From sequence record LR756504.1: DNA of 64,000 nucleotides. One strand, given 5' to 3'. Positions 10,283 through 20,233 of this stretch are shown piece after piece. The notes below the pieces were generated by a model. That model saw only the letters and a program-made list of their open reading frames with translations, did not search any database and had not been told where the DNA came from. The position numbers were made by a program, and so were the translations under genes. Every line of letters starts with the position of its first letter. Positions within the stretch are counted from its first letter, which is position 1.

Positions 10283-10843
10283 TTAAATATTCTTAAAATA
10301 TTCTAAACAAAGTGCTGTAATAGTATCAGATGGATTTAAATTTTTAACAAATTTAACATCAATTCTGACAGAAATACTTTTATCTTCTATTTCAGAACCA
10401 TCCCCTTTAGCTAATACTTTTTCATAATCAGTATCATTTAAAGGAACATAATAAATATGATATTGCGCTGTACATCCTTTATTAAAAAATAGTTGATTTA
10501 ACTTTTTAAATCCTCTGTAATGGGTGTGTAGTTTTATTCCAGCTTCTTCTTCAAGTTCTCTAATTAATGTTCTTTCCGCAGTTTCACCTTCTTCTATAGC
10601 ACCTGATAAAATAGTTAAGTAGAATTCTTTCTTATTAACCCAATTATATGTAGGTACATATTCCTTTCTTAATACTAATTCATCATGTTCTAATAGATAT
10701 ACTATAGCGACAATGCAATCTTTTTCGCACACACCTTCCCAACCATCTAATTCTTTAATTTTAATGTAACTTCCCTTCCAAAGGTAGTTATCATCATCTT
10801 TAAGTTTTTTATTTGATTGAAATAATTTAGAGAACTTATCCAT
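10283..10843 (-). CDS. Nudix hydrolase
   Basis: Nudix box GAIEEGETAERTLIRELEEEAG. Confidence 0.9.
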   Translation of the reverse strand: MDKFSKLFQSNKKLKDDDNYLWKGSYIKIKELDGWEGVCEKDCIVAIVYLLEHDELVLRKEYVPTYNWVNKKEFYLTILSGAIEEGETAERTLIRELEEEAGIKLHTHYRGFKKLNQLFFNKGCTAQYHIYYVPLNDTDYEKVLAKGDGSEIEDKSISVRIDVKFVKNLNPSDTITALCLEYFKNI

Positions 10844-10847
10844 TTAA

Positions 10848-11744
10848 TTAAGCAACATTTTTTGGAATATCCTTTTTAACATAATCTTTAAATTCTCCAA
10901 CAGTAATTTGCCCATCTTTATTTAAATCTACACCTGGATTTTGTTGAGCTACCTTCTTACCACCTAATGCATCATCATCATCTTTACCTAATCCAATAGG
11001 ATAAAAAGTTATCATATAGAGGTCTTCTACTGAATGAATTTTACCTGTATATTTTTCAAAATATTTAAAAATTAAATCTAGCTGATTTAAGGCTGGCATT
11101 TTACGAATTTCTTCTACAGATGTATTTAACCCTCGTGCTGTTGATGGTATAAATTGTAACAAGCCACTAGCACCTGAGTATTTGTTCACTATAGTTGGTG
11201 AAAAACTTGATTCTTTTTTAATTACATAGGATAACCAATTAGCTTTAATTTGTAATTTCTTACTTATCTCATACAATTTAGCTATAAATTCTTCTGGGTT
11301 TTCTATATTTTTAACAATTAAATCTTGGTAAATTAACTCACTATCATTTTCTAATTGTTTAGACAATTCTTCAAAATGTTTTTTAATTATTTCTTTAGCC
11401 TTATCATTTTGAGCCAACTGATAAATAATTGATTGTTGTTCTGGTGTTACTGTATTATTTTTTATTTCTAAATCACCTTTAACAAGATTAGATAAATCTT
11501 TATTGGTTTTAATTAAATGTAATAGTGATTTAACCTGTCCCATCGTTTCTGCGCCAAAAATACTATCTATATAAAAGCGTGTTAAATGAAATCCTAATAT
11601 TTCAAGTGATGTTTGTAAATTTTTAACACCTTCTGAATTTTGCATCCATGTAATAGATTTATATAATTCTTTAGCATCCTTTTCAGCTTCTATTTTATCA
11701 TTTCCCCAAAAAAGGAATTCATTTACAGTTTTGAAATATTTCAT
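10848..11744 (-). CDS. Lytic transglycosylase (SLT-like) with possible peptidoglycan-binding N-terminus
   Basis: IKKESSF, GASGLLQFIPSTA; FGAET PG-binding-like segment; EF-hand-like DLNKDGQIT. Confidence 0.8.
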   Translation of the reverse strand: MKYFKTVNEFLFWGNDKIEAEKDAKELYKSITWMQNSEGVKNLQTSLEILGFHLTRFYIDSIFGAETMGQVKSLLHLIKTNKDLSNLVKGDLEIKNNTVTPEQQSIIYQLAQNDKAKEIIKKHFEELSKQLENDSELIYQDLIVKNIENPEEFIAKLYEISKKLQIKANWLSYVIKKESSFSPTIVNKYSGASGLLQFIPSTARGLNTSVEEIRKMPALNQLDLIFKYFEKYTGKIHSVEDLYMITFYPIGLGKDDDDALGGKKVAQQNPGVDLNKDGQITVGEFKDYVKKDIPKNVA

Positions 11745-11875
11745 AATGTATATATTATATTATAAGTTCTTTTTTACTGTGTTTATTATATTCCGTAAAA
11801 TTGTATCATATAGTCCATTTATATAGAAAAGGAAAAAATATATAACCGTTTTATATAATGTTTTAGCTTAAATTT

Positions 11876-14413
11876 TTAAAATTTGTAAGCATTCGATATA
11901 ATTTTTCTATTAGAATTGTCAATTAGTAACGCCATTCTTGTATCACGCAGGATGTATTGGTTTAGCGATTTTGAAAATTTATCCTTCTCAACTACATCAC
12001 TAAATATTCTAAGATTGGTATAGTACATATTAGATCCTAACAATTCCACTACTAAATTCGTATTATCCCATGTTTGTGGAATGTATGCTGAACCTCCTTC
12101 TGATACTAATTTCAATTCTGATGATGAGGATGAACCTGGTTGAGTATCACCATAACGCTCATATAAAGCCCAATCAATTTTATGTTGTCTTTGATTTAAA
12201 TTAATTATTATACCATACCATTTATTTTGAACTACGCTCATATCATATTCATATAATGTAGCATTAACAACTATTTGTAATTTACCGTCTTTGTATCCAA
12301 TTTTATACCCATTATCATTTTTAAAATTGTGTATGAAATTATAATATTGACCTGAAACTAAATCAACTATATTAAACCAATTCATAAAACATCTATTTTC
12401 ACCTTCTATTAGATAATTATCTAGCTTCGCATAAGTAATAGCTGGTATACCAACAAAATTGCTTAAATCATAAAAATTGAGGGATATAATATTAGGGCCA
12501 TTTTCCAATTCAAAATCAATAATAGGTGCTTTTATACTTAATCTCACTATTTCTTCTGTTAAATTTTGTTGTGTTATTTTATCTGAAATTTTATTCTTCT
12601 CTTCTTGTACTTGTTCACCAATAAGAGTTTCTAAAGCATTATCTGTTGTAGCATCATGAATTTCTTGATCGAATTCTCGTCTATCAATAGAAGTATCTGT
12701 TTCGTGTTTAGTGAGAATAACTTTATAGTATACTGATGAATTCATGAAATTTTTTGACATTTGTGCATGTTCCACTCTATACCATCTATTTGTCAAACAA
12801 AAGAAAATAATATCTTTTTTAGCAGGTCTTTCTGTAATACCAAACGCATTATGAAATTCATCTTTAGTGATATTAATTTCAGATGATTCGAATAAAGCTA
12901 AATCAAAACTTGTAAAATTTACAGTATTTTCTGGTATTTTATTTTCAGGAAATAATATTTTTATTCTCTTTTTATTACTAAGGTTCATCGTACCATATTC
13001 ATGTAATATATTATCGACACCAGAACCATCAGGTGTTGCTTTATAATAATCAACTTCCCAACCATAAACATTAGTTACATCATTTGCTAATTTATTATAC
13101 AAATCAATTGGTTGACTAAAATTATATGGGTTATATGTAGGTGCGCATGAATTAGCCCACTCATTTTTAATTTCATCAAATGTAGCTATGCTATCAGGTG
13201 TATCAACATTATTAGTTGAACCACAACTTGGACATTCACAGTCAACATTATATAAACAATCCATTCTCAATCCTAATTTATTCATTTTCGCATAATCATT
13301 TGTGATATTTTGAAAATCTCCTTCGAATATAATATCTCTTAATCCAATTGATCCTGTATTATCTGTACCATTTCTCGTAAATGCTATTTCTATATAAAAG
13401 AAAGATAGCATATCTGTTTTAATTGTTGAAAAATTTGCTTGTGTGAATGGAGTCCATTGACTCCATTGTTTTTTATTTTTAGAATACCTGTATTGAATAT
13501 CCATCATTCTTGTAGAAGTTTCACCAATAATTGATATTTGATAACCAGTAAATTTGAATGCTTTAAAAACAAAAGGAGGTTGTAAAATTATTCTATCTCC
13601 TATTTTATATAAGTCAAATATGGTATCAGTAAATATGTTAGATTGTTCTGCTAAAAATTTAACTTCATTTAGATAAATTCTTTTTTTATAATTATTATCT
13701 AAACTTCTTTCTGTATAAATTATTTGAAGAATTTCACCACCTATAAGAGTAATTCCAGCAAAAAGTGGATTAATGTATATAAAATCACCTTTATTAATTA
13801 TACTATCAGCAGTTAATAAACTTGTTCCGAATAATATAGAGTTACTATCCAATAATACGCTATCAAGAACGAATCCATAACTACCTTGTGTGGGATAATC
13901 TCTATCGAATTGAAAGAAACTACTACCATCAAATACATTTGTCCATCCTAATGTTTTAGGTTTATCCACTACTATAGAAAATGTAAAATTTCTATCTACT
14001 GGTATACAGCTATATTTAAACTCAAACCATGCATCATATCCTTTAATAGTATTAAAATTTTCTAAATCTATAATAAGCCAATCTGACCAAGTTATGTTAT
14101 CGAATGAGTATCTAAATTGTTTTTCAAAATATAAAAAATCGGTATCACCAATAACATTATCGATGAAATCTTTCCATTCTAAAATATTTTCAATTTTTTC
14201 CGTTGTTCTCCATTGAATTACTTCATTTTCATATGCGAGCGATACTAAATTTGTACCTGATGTACCTTCCAAACTAGGAAATATAGGAATACCATTAGTA
14301 CCATCATCATCCCATAAATAAGGAATTTGAACTAATGATGGTGAAAATATAAAAGATAGTGATACATTTTCATTCAAGTCGTTGTTTACTATAGGATTAA
14401 GTATGATACTCAA
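11876..14413 (-). CDS. Large virion protein with T4 gp14 neck-like central domain and C-terminal LamG-like domain
   Basis: VDYYK..DNILHEYG..ITKDEFHNAFG..RPAKKDIIFF..YRVEH resembles the gp14 pattern (recalled, not searched); beta-sandwich-like C-terminus. Confidence 0.45.
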   Translation of the reverse strand: MSIILNPIVNNDLNENVSLSFIFSPSLVQIPYLWDDDGTNGIPIFPSLEGTSGTNLVSLAYENEVIQWRTTEKIENILEWKDFIDNVIGDTDFLYFEKQFRYSFDNITWSDWLIIDLENFNTIKGYDAWFEFKYSCIPVDRNFTFSIVVDKPKTLGWTNVFDGSSFFQFDRDYPTQGSYGFVLDSVLLDSNSILFGTSLLTADSIINKGDFIYINPLFAGITLIGGEILQIIYTERSLDNNYKKRIYLNEVKFLAEQSNIFTDTIFDLYKIGDRIILQPPFVFKAFKFTGYQISIIGETSTRMMDIQYRYSKNKKQWSQWTPFTQANFSTIKTDMLSFFYIEIAFTRNGTDNTGSIGLRDIIFEGDFQNITNDYAKMNKLGLRMDCLYNVDCECPSCGSTNNVDTPDSIATFDEIKNEWANSCAPTYNPYNFSQPIDLYNKLANDVTNVYGWEVDYYKATPDGSGVDNILHEYGTMNLSNKKRIKILFPENKIPENTVNFTSFDLALFESSEINITKDEFHNAFGITERPAKKDIIFFCLTNRWYRVEHAQMSKNFMNSSVYYKVILTKHETDTSIDRREFDQEIHDATTDNALETLIGEQVQEEKNKISDKITQQNLTEEIVRLSIKAPIIDFELENGPNIISLNFYDLSNFVGIPAITYAKLDNYLIEGENRCFMNWFNIVDLVSGQYYNFIHNFKNDNGYKIGYKDGKLQIVVNATLYEYDMSVVQNKWYGIIINLNQRQHKIDWALYERYGDTQPGSSSSSELKLVSEGGSAYIPQTWDNTNLVVELLGSNMYYTNLRIFSDVVEKDKFSKSLNQYILRDTRMALLIDNSNRKIISNAYKF

Positions 14414-14601
14414 AGTTATTCTATCATTTTTGTTATATATTAATTTTGGTGGTAATAAAATAAAATGACAATTAAGATGAAAATATTCCTTTTGACAAGT
14501 CGCAATATTAAATTTTGATATTAATGAGTTTATACAAGATCATGATATATATTATAATATTAATTATATAATTTAATATATAGAGAAAATAGGTTATTAT
14601 A

Positions 14602-16479
14602 ATGTGTAATAATAGTTTAGTTAAACCTTTTAGTAAGTATATTAAATTATATAAAGAAGATTTTGTTGCAATTGAAGGTTCAAATACTAAAAATAAATTG
14701 TCTTTATCGGATTTAAAAATACCGTATGAGCAGTATTTATATACAGAAGTAATGCTTAAAGAAGATTCTTATCATCATGAAATTCCTTATGGAGCTTTGG
14801 GTGATGAAGTAACTATTTTAATTGTTAAAATTACATATGTTCCTGTAGTAAAAACATTAACTCCTGATCCAGAAGTTCCATATGTACAATATTTTTTTAG
14901 AAATAATGAAGAAGAAATAAGAAATATTGATAGTCTTTTGATTTTATCTGGAACTAAAGATAAGAAATTACCTAAAATATATTTAAACAATCCTAATAAG
15001 AAATATAGAGCTAAAGTTGAAATATTTACTGCTACACAAGAAGTTGTATTTGGTACTGGTGTAACATTTGTTCCTATTAATGAATCGGTATTTAGTATTC
15101 AGGATTTAGAATATACTAATATAGTTTCTGATGCGAATGGAGTATCTATAATAGTTCAAACTGATAGTAATACGCCATTAGCTAATATTGCAATTGATAG
15201 AATTTCTAATATTGAAATTAGTGGAAGGTTATTAATTATAGATGATACAGCAATAGGTAAAATTAATTTATTTTTTATAAATGATTTTCATTGTTTACAA
15301 GCGTTTTCGTTAATTAACTGGGCTATTAAAGATCCTCAGAATAATATTATTACAATATCAACTGGTCCTGATTTAATTGCACCTGTTATTACTTATGCAT
15401 CAACTTTTACAACCAGTATTTCATTATTGGATTATCCAGTTGGAACAAGTGGAACAGCAGGTTATTTGATTACTAAACAAAATTTAATTAATTTGTTTAT
15501 TGATAATATAGAAGATAATAGAGATGGATTAGTATATGTTGATTCATCAAATGTTACTATTACGAAAGTAAATCAAAATTTAAAGAGAGAAAGTATTTCA
15601 GAAATAGGTAAATATAATTATACATTAGATGTTTTTGATACGGCTGGTAATTTAACATCGGATTCATTTATATTGAATATTACTGATAATAACCCACCAC
15701 AAATCATTTTAAATACCTTGGGTTACGAATTATATCAAAATAGTACATCTGGTACTGGTGGTACATCAGGATTTGTATTACAGCCACATATTTATTTAGA
15801 AGATTTTAGTTCTAATATTATAGATAAACAAGATTTAATAGATTTGTTAATATCTATGGTACTTGATACTGCTGATGGTGTTATTACTGCAAACACTAAT
15901 AATATTGAAATAACTATAACTGATTTCCAAGGGGTTACTATTGTTAGTGAAATAGATTCACCTGGATATTATGATATTTACTTTCAAGCAGTAGATTTAA
16001 ATAATAATGTTTCAACATCTTTATGGAAAGATATTGATACTGAGTTATTAGATTTATCTAATGCACCATTCACTAATCTTTCAATTGAAATTAGAGCAAA
16101 TCAACCACCAGTTGTTAATTTCTTTAGTACGATACCAAATATTAGTTTAATGGCTCAAGGGGGTATAGTATCAAAATCTGTATTACAAAATCTATTAATT
16201 GATAATATTACTGATGATAGAGATGGTATTATCACATCTAATATATTGAATATCAGCTTATTTAAAACATATTTTTGGGATAGCACGGCTGGTACAGCGG
16301 GAGCTGGTACGGCTGGTGTTGTAGTTGTAGATGGTTTTAATACATATGTTTTTGAGCCTATACCTGCTGTTGAGATGATTGCAACAACAACTGAGGGTAT
16401 TTATATAGTAAAAGTTCTTGTAGTAGATAGTGATGGTGGATTAGCATTAGAAGAAGTTTCTGTAAATATTCTCACTTAA
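14602..16479 (+). CDS. Probable structural protein with tandem Ig-like repeats
   Basis: Three P.I/V...KQDLI.L.I..I.D.RDG.IT repeats; GTSGT/GTAG linkers; AATATATA upstream. Confidence 0.6.
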   Translation: MCNNSLVKPFSKYIKLYKEDFVAIEGSNTKNKLSLSDLKIPYEQYLYTEVMLKEDSYHHEIPYGALGDEVTILIVKITYVPVVKTLTPDPEVPYVQYFFRNNEEEIRNIDSLLILSGTKDKKLPKIYLNNPNKKYRAKVEIFTATQEVVFGTGVTFVPINESVFSIQDLEYTNIVSDANGVSIIVQTDSNTPLANIAIDRISNIEISGRLLIIDDTAIGKINLFFINDFHCLQAFSLINWAIKDPQNNIITISTGPDLIAPVITYASTFTTSISLLDYPVGTSGTAGYLITKQNLINLFIDNIEDNRDGLVYVDSSNVTITKVNQNLKRESISEIGKYNYTLDVFDTAGNLTSDSFILNITDNNPPQIILNTLGYELYQNSTSGTGGTSGFVLQPHIYLEDFSSNIIDKQDLIDLLISMVLDTADGVITANTNNIEITITDFQGVTIVSEIDSPGYYDIYFQAVDLNNNVSTSLWKDIDTELLDLSNAPFTNLSIEIRANQPPVVNFFSTIPNISLMAQGGIVSKSVLQNLLIDNITDDRDGIITSNILNISLFKTYFWDSTAGTAGAGTAGVVVVDGFNTYVFEPIPAVEMIATTTEGIYIVKVLVVDSDGGLALEEVSVNILT

Positions 16480-16483
16480 TTTC

Positions 16484-16514
16484 TTGTATTTTTGAATAAT
16501 TTGGTTTATATTTG
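16484..16514 (+). promoter_or_regulatory. Bacteroidota-type housekeeping promoter
   Basis: TTG-N20-TATATTTG. Confidence 0.65.
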
Positions 16515-16533
16515 TATATAAAATTGGAAAATT

Positions 16534-16944
16534 ATGTATAAAGATAGAACCCAATTACTTAAAGAAATTGAAAAATTACAAGAAGAAAGACATTCATTAA
16601 GGCTTAAAGAAGCTCAAATTTACAGAATTTTAGCTATAGTTATTGGTGTTGTTACTGCTGGTTTAATATTCAATTCTTTTATAGGAGTAACAACGAATCA
16701 GATATATGTTTCTATTTTTTTAAACATAGTTTCATGTTTCTATATAATCAGAGAATTAGTAAAGAAAAATACAAAAGTTAGTATAAATGATAGTTCACCT
16801 ATTAATGTTTTCGAAAAAGGTGAGAAATTATATACTTTATCTGAAGGTAGATTAAACGAACTATTATCTATTTGTGTAGAGAAAGAAAACTATGAAATAG
16901 CCTCAAAAGTGAGGGATGAATTAAAAAAGTTTAAAAATAATTGA
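16534..16944 (+). CDS. Membrane protein with C-terminal UVR-type motif
   Basis: Two hydrophobic helices; LNELL..CVEKENYEIASKVRDEL. Confidence 0.65.
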   Translation: MYKDRTQLLKEIEKLQEERHSLRLKEAQIYRILAIVIGVVTAGLIFNSFIGVTTNQIYVSIFLNIVSCFYIIRELVKKNTKVSINDSSPINVFEKGEKLYTLSEGRLNELLSICVEKENYEIASKVRDELKKFKNN

Positions 16945-16970
16945 AATTCTAATATAAATTATTATATTTG
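16941..16970 (+). promoter_or_regulatory. Bacteroidota-type housekeeping promoter
   Basis: TTG-N19-TATATTTG. Confidence 0.7.
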
Positions 16971-16974
16971 TAAT

Positions 16975-17319
16975 ATGCTTGATGTAAAAGGAGAAAATTT
17001 ATTCAGATTTTTAAGGAAAACTGTACTTAATGGTTTATATTGTAAATCAATTGAGAGTGGTGATGATATTCAATATACCGATGCGGAACTTAATCGTATT
17101 ATGGGATATATTAGTGTATTGCAACCGCAGGATAAAGTTCTTCTTTTAAATGTTATGAAGAAAAGCAAATTTCCTGATGATTTTTTAGGTTTGTTTGAGG
17201 AAGAAATGAAATTTATAAAAAAGAATTATAAAAATGATAAATGGGATTTCTTTACTAAAAAAGGCTTCAAAGACGAAATTAAGAAGGTTTTCAAAGTTGA
17301 AGAAACTGAACAAGGTTAA
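16975..17319 (+). CDS. Hypothetical protein
   Basis: 114-aa ORF directly after a host-type promoter. Confidence 0.65.
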   Translation: MLDVKGENLFRFLRKTVLNGLYCKSIESGDDIQYTDAELNRIMGYISVLQPQDKVLLLNVMKKSKFPDDFLGLFEEEMKFIKKNYKNDKWDFFTKKGFKDEIKKVFKVEETEQG

Positions 17320-17321
17320 AT

Positions 17322-17552
17322 ATGATGTTTGCGATAGGAGATAAAGTAAAATGTAATTCGTCTGATATTCATACAATATTACGTATTGGTGCTGAAGAAA
17401 TTCTTATTGTTAGAAAATCTACTTATGATATAGAAACAAATAAATTTTACTTAAAATTCGAAGATAAGGATTTTTTTTATGGAATATCTGAAGATTGTTT
17501 TACCTTAGTTACAAATAGAAAAAATAGAATAGAAAATCTTTTTAGTGAATAA
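17322..17552 (+). CDS. Hypothetical SH3/KOW-like small protein
   Basis: FAIGDKVKC start; C-terminal RKNRIENL. Confidence 0.6.
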   Translation: MMFAIGDKVKCNSSDIHTILRIGAEEILIVRKSTYDIETNKFYLKFEDKDFFYGISEDCFTLVTNRKNRIENLFSE

Positions 17553-17931
17553 ACTTTTTATATTTTTATACTATAATGGTATGAAAATTAGAGTATTTTC
17601 CGATATTATCGGAACATCCATTTTTATTAATAATAAATTAGCCGAACATGATATATTAGTAAAGTCTGTGTGGGTTTTATTGATATTGGTTAAATATGGT
17701 ATTATTCCACATGATACAGACTCGGTATCAAAATTAATACATAAATATGGTGATTTTAGTAAAATTCCGAGTATTCATGAGTTTATAACAAATGATATGG
17801 TGAATGATGATAAATTCAAGTTTAATATTGATATTAAATCTATTAAAATAAATATTGATAAAAAACATCCTAAACTTTTTTCTACTCTACAAAAATATTT
17901 AATCAAAAAGCACAATATAGATTTTCAATAA
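17545..17931 (+). CDS. Hypothetical protein
   Basis: 128-aa ORF overlapping the upstream gene. Confidence 0.5.
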   Translation: MNKLFIFLYYNGMKIRVFSDIIGTSIFINNKLAEHDILVKSVWVLLILVKYGIIPHDTDSVSKLIHKYGDFSKIPSIHEFITNDMVNDDKFKFNIDIKSIKINIDKKHPKLFSTLQKYLIKKHNIDFQ

Positions 17932-17963
17932 AAATATATAACGTAAATGAGATTAAAGTTGAA

Positions 17964-18503
17964 ATGGCTAATTATAGCAAATTAAATTTTTGTGTTCCCG
18001 CAGGAGATTCGACATCTCTTAGAATTAGAGATTCTAAAGGTAATATTAAATATACTATTTATAATAGTAATGAGACATTATTTTTTAATAATAATAATTT
18101 GATTGTTATTAGAACTGAAGGTGATGCAACTGATATTATGTTAGATTTCTCATCTAAACCAGAAGCTATACAGTCGTTGGCTATATTAAATACAGAATAT
18201 AGTAAAATAAAAAAAAATTATGAAGATAAGAAAATATCGACAATAATAGAAAATATTGGTGAAGGTATAACACCTGACATAAAAGAAATTATTTTTAGTA
18301 GTGAATCAGGTGCAAATCCTATTACAAATGGACAGACAGTTTTTAATATTCCGAATTCTGTAGCAATAGATTCTGTTATATTTAATGGTATTGTAATAAA
18401 TGACTATTCTTTTAATATTATTGATAAAAACATCACATTGGATGTTGTTAATATTGGATATGATATTGAAGATACCGATGAAATCTTTATAAAATATTAT
18501 TAA
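17964..18503 (+). CDS. Probable structural protein
   Basis: C-terminal FNGIVINDY...DTDEIFIKY module shared with 9274-10233. Confidence 0.6.
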   Translation: MANYSKLNFCVPAGDSTSLRIRDSKGNIKYTIYNSNETLFFNNNNLIVIRTEGDATDIMLDFSSKPEAIQSLAILNTEYSKIKKNYEDKKISTIIENIGEGITPDIKEIIFSSESGANPITNGQTVFNIPNSVAIDSVIFNGIVINDYSFNIIDKNITLDVVNIGYDIEDTDEIFIKYY

Positions 18504-18569
18504 ATTGTTTATTTTTATTTCTATTTTACTTGATTAATATATACACTATATTAAAAATTTAGATAGAAT

Positions 18570-20216
18570 ATGTCAAAATTAATAAAAAGAAAACAGATAG
18601 ATTTAAAATTAAAAGCTGCACCCGATGGTTCTTATGGGTTTTCGTCTAATATACCAAATGTTTTACAAGGAGATGATTTAGAATCTGCTATTGATAAAAT
18701 TGTTTCGGTATTAGATAAATTATCACCTGTAATGCCACCATTATTAAATCAGCTTACATTATCAATATCTGTTGCTGGTGGTACTACAACACCAACTACT
18801 GGGTTATTAACATCTGATGGAACTACTAAAACGAATGTTCATAAATTTGTTAACAATTCAACTTTAACATGGACTACAACAGGAATATTTAATAGTGTTT
18901 CAACAAGAAATGGACATTTTAGAAATGGTGATTCAACTACAGCTAAATTAAGAATTACACATTTATATAATTCAATAGTTAAACAAGCAACTATTAGCAA
19001 TATTGATACTATTGCTATAGATGGTACTTCCTCAGCATCCGATAATATTAATTATAATGTCAGAGTTGATATTATAGAAAAAAAAGATTATTATTCTGAT
19101 GATGTTTCTTCAGCAACTAAATCTAATTTTTATAAATCAATTAAAGGTGCTATACTTGCTACAATGGCTACAACACAAAATGATTCCGATATTTTAGAAA
19201 GAACAATTATGATTGAGTATTCAGAAAATGGATCATTTTCTGATACTATTTATTTAACAGGAACTTATAGAATTGAAAGTGCATCAACACCAACAGCATC
19301 TATTAATTCTGTTACTATTCCCTCTATGTCAGGACAAAAAGTTTCTGGTGTTCCTACATTAAATAATGGACAAATTATTTCAATTAGTGCTAATATTAGT
19401 AATGGTATTAAATATTATTATCCATCTATTATAGCTTCTTCAACTGTAACATCGGCTAGTACATTAAGTGTTACAATATCAGGTAGTCAAACACCAAATA
19501 GTACATATAATTATGTAAGAAATCATACAATATCTGGTTCTGTGACTGTGGAATCTATTACATCATCTGTAACTCCAAATGATATTTTTGGTAGTGGTTC
19601 AGCAATACTATCTACGGATACAAGTAAGCGTATTGATACTGTAGGTGTTGCTAAAATAACTACTGACACATCTATCAGAAAATTATCACCTGTGACAGGT
19701 GGTCAATATGAAACTATTTCGGGTACTTATGGGTTAGTTCAACATGATAATACATTAAATTCTGTATCTGATGCTTATTCATATCAATTACAAGTTTATG
19801 GTAATAATTATAGATACCCATCGGGAAATTTTACAGCATTTGGTGGACCAAATTATACATCATTAACACAAAATTCATGGAGATACTCAGATTTTTCGGT
19901 AACTTCTATTTCAAATAAAACAAATATAGATTTAACAATAGTAGGTGCAACAGGTATTACTGTAAATCCTTATGGTACTGCTAATTTTAGATTGTATGTT
20001 AAAATTGAGGGTGTGACAGGCTGGTTGGATGCTAATGCTGCATGGGCAGCAGGAACGCCTATTAGTGATGGTGATGCGTCTGTTGATGTTGGAAACTCTA
20101 CATCTGCTACAGTGAGACGTATTACATTTGGTGCTAACCGTACAGGTAATATTAGTGTGAGAGTTGGAATTAATAGTGGTTCGGCAATTACATTTAGTGG
20201 AATAACAATAGCGTAA
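18570..20216 (+). CDS. Probable virion or tail-fibre-associated protein
   Basis: 548 aa, S/T/G/I-rich beta composition, N-terminal IKRKQI, AATATATA upstream. Confidence 0.65.
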   Translation: MSKLIKRKQIDLKLKAAPDGSYGFSSNIPNVLQGDDLESAIDKIVSVLDKLSPVMPPLLNQLTLSISVAGGTTTPTTGLLTSDGTTKTNVHKFVNNSTLTWTTTGIFNSVSTRNGHFRNGDSTTAKLRITHLYNSIVKQATISNIDTIAIDGTSSASDNINYNVRVDIIEKKDYYSDDVSSATKSNFYKSIKGAILATMATTQNDSDILERTIMIEYSENGSFSDTIYLTGTYRIESASTPTASINSVTIPSMSGQKVSGVPTLNNGQIISISANISNGIKYYYPSIIASSTVTSASTLSVTISGSQTPNSTYNYVRNHTISGSVTVESITSSVTPNDIFGSGSAILSTDTSKRIDTVGVAKITTDTSIRKLSPVTGGQYETISGTYGLVQHDNTLNSVSDAYSYQLQVYGNNYRYPSGNFTAFGGPNYTSLTQNSWRYSDFSVTSISNKTNIDLTIVGATGITVNPYGTANFRLYVKIEGVTGWLDANAAWAAGTPISDGDASVDVGNSTSATVRRITFGANRTGNISVRVGINSGSAITFSGITIA

Positions 20217-20233
20217 AAAATAAAATATTAAAA

